DNA from: Candidatus Brocadiia bacterium | GTDB taxonomy: Bacteria; Planctomycetota; Brocadiia; SM23-32 | DNA: 64,000 nt | NCBI GenBank assembly: GCA_046538485.1 | Contig: JBKHIT010000002.1 | Span: forward strand, 59,608-123,607 | Direction: 5' to 3' | Shown: positions 56,348-64,000 of the stretch, piece by piece | Layout: each line of letters begins with the position of its first letter | Numbering within the stretch: the first letter of the stretch is position 1 | Translations under genes and position numbers: made by a program | Notes under the pieces: generated by a model | The model's input: only the letters and a program-made list of their open reading frames with translations | What the model was told of the DNA's origin: nothing | Databases searched by the model: none

Positions 56348-57361
56348 ATGCTTGTAATGGCATTTGAGACTTCCTGCGATGATACCTCGTGTGCCATTGT
56401 TGAAGATGGCAGGCAAGTGCTTTCTAATATCGTCAGTGATCAGGATGAGCTGCACGAACGTTTCGGGGGAATTGTGCCTGAGGTGGCGTGTCGCGCTCAT
56501 ATCGAAAATATCTTACCCGTGATGAGACAGGCAATCGACGCGGCCGAAATGAAGCTTAGCAGTGTCGATGCTGTCGCTGTTACCAACACTCCCGGCCTTA
56601 TCGGGTCTCTGTTAATTGGGCTGACTGCGGCGAAGGCTGTGAGTTGGGCTTTCGATCTGCCTCTGGCTACTGTCAACCATCTGGAAGCTCACAGCTATGC
56701 ACCATGGCTGAACGGCGAACCGCCTCCGTTACCGGCTATTGGGTTGGTGGTGAGCGGGGGCCATACCAATTTGTCTTGCATACGCGGTCCACTCGAACAT
56801 GAACTTTTGGGGGCGACAAGAGATGATGCCGCAGGAGAAGCTTTTGATAAGGTGGCGAATATACTAAAGCTCGGTTTCCCCGGAGGCCCGGTTATCGAGA
56901 AGACCGCCGAGAATGGAGATCCGGAAGCGGTCAACTTCCCGCGAGCCTGGTTGAATAAGGATACGCTTGATTTTAGTTTCAGCGGGGTAAAAACGGCTGT
57001 CCTTTACCACTGTCTCGGCCAGAATGCCTCCAAAGACGATATCGAAGACGCGGACTACGATCCGGATTTTGTTGCGAACGTTGCGGCAAGTTTCCAGAAA
57101 GCGGTTGTCGATGTTCTGATAGCGAAAACGAAACTGGCACTGGAAAAGACGGGTTTGCAGACACTGATAGTTGGCGGTGGGGTGGCGGCGAATAAGTTGT
57201 TGCGGCAAAAGCTCAAAGAATTGACCCATGACCTATCTGTTGATTTGTTTCTTGCACCTCTGAAATACTGCCGTGATAATGCTGCCATTGTCGGGGGACT
57301 TGCTTATCATCTCCTAAAAGCCAAAAATCTGGCTTCGCTGGACGCGGAAGCGCAGCCGTGA
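56348..57361 (+). CDS. tsaD: tRNA N6-adenosine threonylcarbamoyltransferase
   Basis: MLVMAFETSCDDTSCAIV...VAVTNTPGLIGSLLIGLTAAKA...HLEAHSYAPWL...GGGVAANKLLRQKL is a canonical Kae1/TsaD. The start is placed at MLVMAFE; the ORF track start is 27 nt upstream. Confidence 0.9.
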   Translation: MLVMAFETSCDDTSCAIVEDGRQVLSNIVSDQDELHERFGGIVPEVACRAHIENILPVMRQAIDAAEMKLSSVDAVAVTNTPGLIGSLLIGLTAAKAVSWAFDLPLATVNHLEAHSYAPWLNGEPPPLPAIGLVVSGGHTNLSCIRGPLEHELLGATRDDAAGEAFDKVANILKLGFPGGPVIEKTAENGDPEAVNFPRAWLNKDTLDFSFSGVKTAVLYHCLGQNASKDDIEDADYDPDFVANVAASFQKAVVDVLIAKTKLALEKTGLQTLIVGGGVAANKLLRQKLKELTHDLSVDLFLAPLKYCRDNAAIVGGLAYHLLKAKNLASLDAEAQP

Positions 57362-57388
57362 TTTCTTAACCAGGGAGTTACCTACACC

Positions 57389-58174
57389 ATGGATGAATTG
57401 TCTTTGCGCCAGTTGCTGGACAAAGTTGCCGCGGGGGAAGTGTCGATTGAAGATGCGCTGGGTGAATTGCGGCATCTTCCGTTTGAAGATATTGGATTTG
57501 CGAAGGTCGATCACCACAGATCGTTGCGTTGTGGCCGAGCCGAGGTAATTTTGTGCGAGGGCAAAACCCCGGACCAAGTCGGCAAGATCGCCGGCAAAAT
57601 TTTCGAACGAAGTGACCAGGTCCTGGCCACGCGCGCTACCCAGGAGCATTATGACGCTGTTGCCCGAATTGTTCCCGAGGCAAAATACCGGGAACAGGCG
57701 CGGTGCGTGGTTATTCAGGAGGAAAAACCCGTCCCGCGCGGTCAGGTTGTGGTTGTAACAGCCGGCACAAGCGATATCCCGGTGGCGGCTGAAGCGGTCG
57801 TTACGGCCGAGGTATATGGAGCGAACGTGGAGATGGTCAGCGATGTTGGGGTGGCCGGGATCCATCGTCTGCTGGGTTACGCCCGTCTGTTACAATCGGC
57901 CAAAGCTATTGTTGTGGTGGCAGGGATGGAGGGGGCGCTGGCGAGTGTGGTGGGAGGAATGGTGCAATGTCCCGTTATCGGTGTGCCGACAAGTGTTGGC
58001 TACGGAGCGAGTTTGCAGGGGATTGCCCCGCTGCTCACCATGCTGAATAGCTGCGCGTCGGGCGTGACGGTGGTCAATATCGATAATGGTTTCGGAGGCG
58101 GATATATGGCAGCTCTTATCAATGAAACCGCCCTGGATTTGGATACCGAAGACATGCAACCGGAAGGGAATTGA
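57389..58174 (+). CDS. larB: LarB-type (PurE-like) pyridinium-3,5-biscarboxylic acid mononucleotide synthase
   Basis: FAKVDHHRSLRCGRAEVILCEGKTPDQV...VVVVTAGTSDIPVAAEAVVTAEVYG...VGVAGIHRLL...AGMEGALASVVGGMVQCPVIGVPTSVGYGASLQGIAPLLTMLNSCASGVTVVNIDNGFG matches LarB closely along its whole length. Confidence 0.85.
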   Translation: MDELSLRQLLDKVAAGEVSIEDALGELRHLPFEDIGFAKVDHHRSLRCGRAEVILCEGKTPDQVGKIAGKIFERSDQVLATRATQEHYDAVARIVPEAKYREQARCVVIQEEKPVPRGQVVVVTAGTSDIPVAAEAVVTAEVYGANVEMVSDVGVAGIHRLLGYARLLQSAKAIVVVAGMEGALASVVGGMVQCPVIGVPTSVGYGASLQGIAPLLTMLNSCASGVTVVNIDNGFGGGYMAALINETALDLDTEDMQPEGN

Positions 58175-58177
58175 AGT

Positions 58178-59104
58178 ATGAATGATGGAACGAAATTGCC
58201 GCGGATACCCCCGCGATCGGCGGACGCGCATAAAGGTGATTTTGGCCACGTTCTGGTTGTAGGCGGAAGCCCCGGGATGACAGGGGCGCCCTGTATAGCA
58301 GCTCTTGCCGCGCAAAAATCGGGCGCAGGGTTGGTGACCGTGGGGATTCCTGAAACTTTGAATGTTGTAGTTGAAGCGCGGCTGCTGAGCGTTATGTCAT
58401 GGCCGCTGGAAGAATGCGGGGCGAAACGACTTGGTTCAGAGGCGGCAACGGAGATCCTTCAGGAGGCTGAAAAATTTGACATCTGCGCTCTTGGGCCAGG
58501 TTTGGGACGCGCTCCGGAAACGCAGGAAATGGTGCGATCTTTGGTAACCGACTCTGAGCTGCCCCTGATCATCGATGCCGATGGTTTGAATGCCCTGGCG
58601 ACGGATTTGAAACCGGTCCGGGATCGATCGTGTCCCACCGTGCTGACTCCGCATCCGGGCGAAATGAAACGGCTTGTCGGAGCCGAAGATGTGAGCTGCA
58701 TTCAACACGACCGGAGTGAAGTTGCGCGCAGACTGGCCCGAGAAGTTGGAGCGGTTGTCGTTCTAAAAGGCTCCGGCACGGTGGTAACGGATGGCGGTGA
58801 GATTTATGTTAACCTGACCGGCAATCCCGGTATGGCAACCGGAGGTATGGGAGACGTTCTCACGGGGGTGATTTCGGCCCTTGCTTGCCAGGGACTCGAT
58901 TCATTTGATGCCGCTCGCCTTGGTGTCTTTGTCCACGGATTGGCCGGCGACCTGGCGGCCCGAAAATATGGGGCAATTTCAGTGATGCCTGAAGACGTGC
59001 TGGATTTGCTCCCGGTTGCGTTTTTGGCGCTTGGAGAGGCCGGAGATAAAAATCTGGAAGAGACTTTCAATGCCGAGAGAGTTATCGAGGTGACTTTAAG
59101 TTAA
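58178..59104 (+). CDS. nnrD: ADP-dependent (S)-NAD(P)H-hydrate dehydratase (YjeF C-terminal domain family)
   Basis: HKGDFGHVLVVGGSPGMTGAPCIAALAAQKSGAGLVT...VLTPHPGEM...GNPGMATGGMGDVLTGVI is the carbohydrate-kinase-like Nnr2 / YjeF_C signature. It lies 3 bp after larB. Confidence 0.85.
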   Translation: MNDGTKLPRIPPRSADAHKGDFGHVLVVGGSPGMTGAPCIAALAAQKSGAGLVTVGIPETLNVVVEARLLSVMSWPLEECGAKRLGSEAATEILQEAEKFDICALGPGLGRAPETQEMVRSLVTDSELPLIIDADGLNALATDLKPVRDRSCPTVLTPHPGEMKRLVGAEDVSCIQHDRSEVARRLAREVGAVVVLKGSGTVVTDGGEIYVNLTGNPGMATGGMGDVLTGVISALACQGLDSFDAARLGVFVHGLAGDLAARKYGAISVMPEDVLDLLPVAFLALGEAGDKNLEETFNAERVIEVTLS

Positions 59105-59109
59105 CTGTC

Positions 59110-59421
59110 CTATGGCACAGTTTCTTCCAGGTCACCTTCTTTCGGCGGTTGTAGAAGCTGGTGAGGGTACTCGCGTTTTGTCAGTCTGCGGTCCCAGGAA
59201 TTGGTAATTTCTTGATAAAGCAGGTCTCTTTTAAACGGTGGCAATTCCACATTTGTGCCGTATGTTTCACTTTTCAGATAGCCGCTGAGTACCGTGGCAT
59301 TTCTGTAAACTGTCGCGGCGTAACTCTCCACTCGATTTCGGAAATAAACGGCGAGAAAAAAGGTCGCTATCAAAAGCAATATCAGGCTCCCCTGAACAAT
59401 TAGTCCGACGCGTTTTTTCAT
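59110..59421 (-). CDS. Small single-pass membrane protein (possible pilus-assembly accessory, PilP-like position)
   Basis: 103 aa with one transmembrane helix LIVQGSLILLLIATFFLAVYF. It lies 2 bp downstream of the PilO-like gene on the same strand. No family can be recognised. Confidence 0.4.
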   Translation of the reverse strand: MKKRVGLIVQGSLILLLIATFFLAVYFRNRVESYAATVYRNATVLSGYLKSETYGTNVELPPFKRDLLYQEITNSWDRRLTKREYPHQLLQPPKEGDLEETVP

Positions 59422-59423
59422 GA

Positions 59424-60284
59424 TTATCCTTCTGGCTCGCCGGGCCGATAAAAATCAAAGATATAGAGTCCCAGCTGAACTCGAACAATTCCGGGACGAA
59501 GTTCGTCGGGAGTTTCTAAGGCAACACTCCTGACGGAAATACAAGGTTCTTCGGTTGTTCTTGATACCCGGACGATTTGATCGAGCATTTCACCGAGGGT
59601 TTTGAATCGGGTGGTGAAAGTGATGTCGACGGGTAAGAGCCGATATCGCACCACTCTGAGCTCTCCCTCCGGGACAGGTGGTTGCTCCGGCATAATGGGC
59701 TCATGTATATGCATCAGTTCGATAACAGTACTGGGGTCATGGGTCAATTCGCCCGGAGGCTGGGGATCCGGATGCCCGATAAGGATACGCGCAAGTGCTG
59801 TGGCTTTCTCCAGCCTGTCGATTTGATCGGGTTCCGGCCGGCCTTTTGCCTCTTCTTCCCAATCGTCCAGTGGGCCTAACTCCAGAAAATTAAGATTTCC
59901 GGCACGATCGGACAATTTGTTTTTTTCGCTCCGGAATTCGTTTGCCACCTGATAGGCTTGAGAGCGAGGCCCTTTGAAAATTTCATCGTTGAGGTCGCCG
60001 CTATGCCGAATGTAATAGGAAGCGCATGTCTCGGCCTCTTTACGCATTTCTTTCTTGCGAGTCTCGTATTTCTCAATTAAACCCGCCGTGGGGAGATTTT
60101 CTTCTTCGGGGCTTTTGTCCTTCAAAGAGAGAATGGATTCCTGTTGTTTCGCCAGTGTTTGGTGAGTCTGTAATAGTGTTTGCCTCAAGGGGATGATCTT
60201 AAATGCCAAAAATGCAAACAGACTCAGCCATATTACACCCACCACAATTGTGGTTATGAGTCTTTTGGTGCTCGCATCCACCAT
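59424..60284 (-). CDS. PilO-like bitopic inner-membrane pilus-assembly protein
   Basis: The start is taken at MVDASTKRLITTIVVGVIWLSLFAFLAFKII (ATG 60284). The transmembrane anchor is followed by a coiled coil and a C-terminal beta-rich domain. It lies immediately downstream of the pilM/N fusion. Confidence 0.45.
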   Translation of the reverse strand: MVDASTKRLITTIVVGVIWLSLFAFLAFKIIPLRQTLLQTHQTLAKQQESILSLKDKSPEEENLPTAGLIEKYETRKKEMRKEAETCASYYIRHSGDLNDEIFKGPRSQAYQVANEFRSEKNKLSDRAGNLNFLELGPLDDWEEEAKGRPEPDQIDRLEKATALARILIGHPDPQPPGELTHDPSTVIELMHIHEPIMPEQPPVPEGELRVVRYRLLPVDITFTTRFKTLGEMLDQIVRVSRTTEEPCISVRSVALETPDELRPGIVRVQLGLYIFDFYRPGEPEG

Positions 60285-60300
60285 CTGTTTCTCCAGAAAA

Positions 60301-62259
60301 TCAGTCGTCTTTCTCTTTGAAGTTTGATTCGTAAATTCTAAGAACACCTGTGAATGGGAGAGCCGATGGCACCTCTGCCCGAATTGTGAACTCACCGGTG
60401 AGGTGATTCCACTCTGAGACGCCGATCCTGGCTGCAGAGAATTCACCTTTGATATCGCCGCCTTCGAATTCATTATTCAGCAAGAGCTTGTCGTCAGATT
60501 GGACCTTTGCGAGAGAATACCAGATACCGTCTTCGTGAGCCATAATTTCATCGCCTTCTTTCAGGGTTTCACTCCATCTGGTATTCGAACCCGTCACGAG
60601 TCGTTTGCCGGCTTCGAATGTTGCTTTGCCCTGTGAGCGGGTAAGTAGCAAAGAATTGCGCAGGTGGTTTTTGAGCCGACCGTTAAGTGATGCATAAGCT
60701 TCTTTATTTTCCATCCCCGGTGGTGTATGGATCTGCCCGACCACCGAAAGGACAGTTTCAGCGGTCGAGGCCAACTTTTTGGTTTTTCTCTCTTCCTCTT
60801 TTTTGTCGTCTTCAGGGGCTTTTTCGGAATTGTGTAATTTTGTGTGATAACATTCCATCGAGAAAAGCTGGAAATATACTGTACCGTGCCGGTTGGCTTC
60901 TTCAAAAACCCTCACAACTTCATCGAAAATCAGAGCAGTTTGCGCGCGCCCGTTACTGAGAGAAGGAAGGAAATCCATCTCCCGTTCGATGGCCTCCCAT
61001 TCCGTTGCGTCTCTAAGCGCGTTTTTGTTCTCCCGGTATGTGGCAAGAACGTCCTGAGCACGATCCTGAGCCTCTTTTAGATATTGCTTGACCCGAACGC
61101 CAAGCAGAAAGGCAATTACGACGATTCCCCACAGGACAATACCCGTAGAGAATAGGAACCTTTTGGCGGTAGACGCTTGAGTTTTTAGAGCGACATTTTC
61201 GGGGACGAAAGAGGCTCTGACAGGGGTTTTGTCGAGTGCTTTAATCCCGGTTCCAATTGCCACAGCGAGTCGATCGAAATTTTTCTGGATGATTCGTGCG
61301 TCGATATCCGGGGAGACGAAAATGTGTTCCAGCGATCTGATATCCAAGAGTTTCTTCTTGAGGCTTTGACGCACCTGCGCTTTAAGTCCTGTCAGGCGGG
61401 CTGCTCCGCCGATGGCGTAGACTCTGTCGTAGGAGACATCTTCGCCCTGTCGTCGAAGATAATCGAGTGTCGTTTTGAGCTCGGCAGCCAGTTCGTGCAG
61501 GCCGGGTTTGATAGCTTCCACCAGATTTTCGGCCATCTCGGACCGGGCGATTCGTTTTTTTGCCTGTTCAGCTTGATCGAAAGGGATGTCGAATTCATCT
61601 CGCAGCAACCAGGTAATTCTGTTACCGCCAATTCCAAGGTTTCGCATCCAGAAACGATTACCATCCATTGAGACCAGACATGTGTTTTCGGCTCCGACAT
61701 CGAATAAAAGCGCTGAACCCTGCTGTTCTGTTTCGAACTGAAGCAGACTGAGGTCTGCCAGGGGGGCAATCGTAATTTCGACGATACGTTCCGCATCCGC
61801 TTCTGCGAACGCCTGGAGGTAGGTATGGATGGACGTTTTTTTGACGGCGAAAATCATACCCCTTTTGGTCGCCTCTTCCCCTTTGGCGTCGAATAAGTGA
61901 TAATCCCAGAGGACTTCATCGAGAACAAAAGGGATGGCGTTGGAAGCTTCGAAATTAACGAGTTCTTCTACGTCGCGTTTACCGACGAGAGCGATCTCAA
62001 TTTCGCGAATGAGGGCATTCTGCGCGGGAACCGCAAAAGCGACAGGATATTTGTCGATACGATGGCGTTTGTCGAATTCTTCAAGAGCATCCCACAGTCT
62101 CGTATCTCGACTCGGTTCTTTGAGCGCTTCCGGCGGATCGCCTTTCAAAGATATGATGTCGGCGTCAAGAATTTCGACTCCGTCTCGCACGGGGGTAATT
62201 AATACCCCTTTCAGGGCACTTCGTCCGAGGTCAATAGCCCATATCTTTGGTGCGAACAT
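60301..62259 (-). CDS. pilM: PilM-PilN fusion (actin-like ATPase domain, transmembrane helix, periplasmic extension) for type IV pilus or T2SS-like assembly
   Basis: The N-terminus MFAPKIWAIDLGRSALKGVLIT...FDVGAENTCLVSMDG...YAIGGAARLTGL is a PilM / FtsA-like actin fold. It is followed by the transmembrane helix FLFSTGIVLWGIVVIAFLLGV and a ~280 aa C-terminal region. Confidence 0.65.
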   Translation of the reverse strand: MFAPKIWAIDLGRSALKGVLITPVRDGVEILDADIISLKGDPPEALKEPSRDTRLWDALEEFDKRHRIDKYPVAFAVPAQNALIREIEIALVGKRDVEELVNFEASNAIPFVLDEVLWDYHLFDAKGEEATKRGMIFAVKKTSIHTYLQAFAEADAERIVEITIAPLADLSLLQFETEQQGSALLFDVGAENTCLVSMDGNRFWMRNLGIGGNRITWLLRDEFDIPFDQAEQAKKRIARSEMAENLVEAIKPGLHELAAELKTTLDYLRRQGEDVSYDRVYAIGGAARLTGLKAQVRQSLKKKLLDIRSLEHIFVSPDIDARIIQKNFDRLAVAIGTGIKALDKTPVRASFVPENVALKTQASTAKRFLFSTGIVLWGIVVIAFLLGVRVKQYLKEAQDRAQDVLATYRENKNALRDATEWEAIEREMDFLPSLSNGRAQTALIFDEVVRVFEEANRHGTVYFQLFSMECYHTKLHNSEKAPEDDKKEEERKTKKLASTAETVLSVVGQIHTPPGMENKEAYASLNGRLKNHLRNSLLLTRSQGKATFEAGKRLVTGSNTRWSETLKEGDEIMAHEDGIWYSLAKVQSDDKLLLNNEFEGGDIKGEFSAARIGVSEWNHLTGEFTIRAEVPSALPFTGVLRIYESNFKEKDD

Positions 62260-62557
62260 AGTTCCTGGCCGTTCAGATCATCAGCGAGTTTATGAGATTT
62301 GCTTTTTCCGGGAGGCCCCACGGCCTCCTAAACCGTCCATAACTATGGACAAGTGCGGTTTTTTTTTCAAGCAGGATTCGGATTTTTTGAAGCTCCCTCT
62401 CCCGTTTGTTTGCAGAGAATTAAATATTTTTCCCCCACACATGGAGATATTATCCTATCGGTTTCGGAGCCATGGCGTCAATCGCTATCGCTGAAAACGC
62501 TGTTTTTTCTTCGTCAAAACTCAGCCAATAGGCTTTCGATGATAAGGTCGTGTGACT

Positions 62558-62586
62558 TGATTTTGGAGGGGTATCGCCTATAATGC
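62558..62586 (+). promoter_or_regulatory. Putative sigma70-like promoter (TTGATT-N16-TATAAT) upstream of the GH42 gene
   Basis: The sequence is gacTTGATTttggaggggtatcgccTATAATgcc, about 95 nt upstream of the ATG at 62682. A perfect 7-bp stem-loop GGAGGCCccacGGCCTCC lies further upstream at 62314-62331. Confidence 0.3.
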
Positions 62587-62681
62587 CTCGAAACCGCGCC
62601 GGCTTTCTGCCGGAGGCGAAAAGAGAGATAATCCATCACGAAAACATCGGCTCAGCCGCCTATCGACCCGCCGGAGGTTCA

Positions 62682-64000
62682 AATGAAATTGGGCGTTGCC
62701 TATTACCCCGAGCAGTGGCCTGAAAATCAGTGGGAAAAAGACCTTGATATGATGGCTGATATTGGGATGGAGGTCGTGCGACTGGGCGAATTTGCATGGT
62801 TCAGGTTGGAACCCCGCCGTGAGCGTTACGAGTTTGAATGGCTTGAGAATGTCATTGAACTTACAGGCGAACGCGGTTTTGAGATTGTGCTGGGAACTCC
62901 CACTGCAGCTCCGCCCCCGTGGTTATTTAATCGACACCCAAACATTATGCCACAAGATCGAGAGGGGAACGTCTGGTATATGGGGAGCCGACGTCACGTC
63001 TGTATCAACAATACAGCATATTTGAAATACGTTCGCCGGATTGTGAACGAATTGGCCAGACAATTCGGGAGAGATGAACGCATCAGTGCCTGGCAAATTG
63101 ATAATGAATTGGCACTGGGACCAACCGGGTTATGCTACTGTGAGGAGTGTGAGAAAGAGTTCACACGCTGGCTCAAAAGGCGTTACGGCACCATCGAACG
63201 GTTGAACCGAATGTGGGGGACAGCTGTCTGGAGCCAGGGATTCAGTGATTGGCACGAAATTCCTGCTCCCAAACGTACCACTTGCGGTCCTCACCCGTCA
63301 CTCGCTCTGGATTATAAACGATTTTTCTCCGCGCGGTGCCGCGCTTTTGTGGAGGAACAAAAGGAGATGATCAAGAGATATGCCGGCGAAGATGTAGTGG
63401 TTACTGTGAACGAACCGGAAGGCTTTGCCCTGCCGCATATCGATTTGTTCACCCTTTCGGAAGCGGAGACGGTCGCATCACTGGACAATTATCCCAGCGA
63501 TGCAGACCGAAGACACAACGCGGCCCTTGGCCTGGATTTGGCCCGGTCTTTGCATAAAAAACCCTTCTGGGTTCTGGAGCAACAGGCGGGCGCGCCGTTA
63601 ATTCGCGAACACGCTCAACAGCCCCGTCCCGGCCAGCTTCGGCTGTGGTCTTACCAGGCGGCTGCTCACGGAGCGGAGACAATTGTTTATTTCCGCTGGC
63701 GTACGGCGGCCGCCGGCCAGGAAATGCACTGGAACGGAATTATCGATTCCGACGGTATCCCAAGACGACGTTTCGACGAGTTGAAGGCAACGATATCCGA
63801 ATTAAAAGCGAAGGCGGAGGCCTGGGAAGGCCACCTGCCAGAGGCGCGTGTGGCCATTGCCCTCGACTACAATTCTGCCTGGGCGTTGGAAGCTACACCT
63901 TTGGCGATGCACCCGGACTACTTTGAGCAGGCGCGGATGTTCCACAGAATTCTGAGGGGTTTCGGGGTTGCGGTTGACTTTGCAGATGTTCAAAAGGATC
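62682..64000 (+). CDS. GH42 beta-galactosidase, N-terminal ~440 aa; 3' end runs past the window end
   Basis: MKLGVAYYPEQWPENQWEKDLDMMADIGMEVVRLGEFAWFRLEPRRERYEFEWLENVIEL...WQIDNELA...CYCEECEKEF is a classic GH42 TIM-barrel N-terminus, including the Cys-cluster zinc site. It has no stop inside the window. Confidence 0.85.

Overview
This 64 kb window reads as chromosomal DNA from a PVC-superphylum (Planctomycetota-like) bacterium, at about 56% GC. The lineage call rests on three sequence signatures: a prepilin-leader/H-X9-DG (DUF1559-type) protein; VWA proteins with a BatA/TIGR02226-type N-terminal double-transmembrane anchor; and abundant sulfatase and glycosidase genes with giant secreted proteins.

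Housekeeping genes sit at both ends:
- a partial enolase, trpF, a membrane-anchored pcm and a fused spermidine-synthase-like membrane protein at the 5' end;
- a tsaD-larB-NAD(P)HX dehydratase operon and a pilM/N-pilO-like cluster at the 3' end.

The centre is accessory and carbohydrate-oriented:
- a heparinase II/III-like lyase and an orphan GH2-like C-terminal remnant;
- a tightly coupled six-gene MoxR / DUF58 / BatA-VWA / VWA / membrane protein / DUF4159 operon;
- immediately downstream on the same strand, two translationally coupled giant secreted proteins of about 2675 and 1628 aa, with PQQ-like beta-propellers, CBM/discoidin-like modules and a C-terminal NPCBM domain;
- two GH42-type enzymes (one partial at the window end), a sulfatase with an intact C-x-P-x-R motif, a hydroxypyruvate-isomerase-like TIM barrel, and a URO-D/MtaA-like protein.

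The most interesting candidate is the MoxR-VWA operon plus the two giant proteins as a single functional unit. Non-coding points of interest are a 1.2 kb gene-free region with a tandem ~119 bp repeat, a ~45 bp motif shared by two distant intergenic regions, and a near-consensus sigma70-like promoter upstream of the GH42 gene.

No CRISPR array, tRNA, rRNA, IS element or integrase could be supported. All calls come from reading the translations and sequence by eye. No database search was run, and start codons are approximate; the ORF track treats TTG/GTG as starts.
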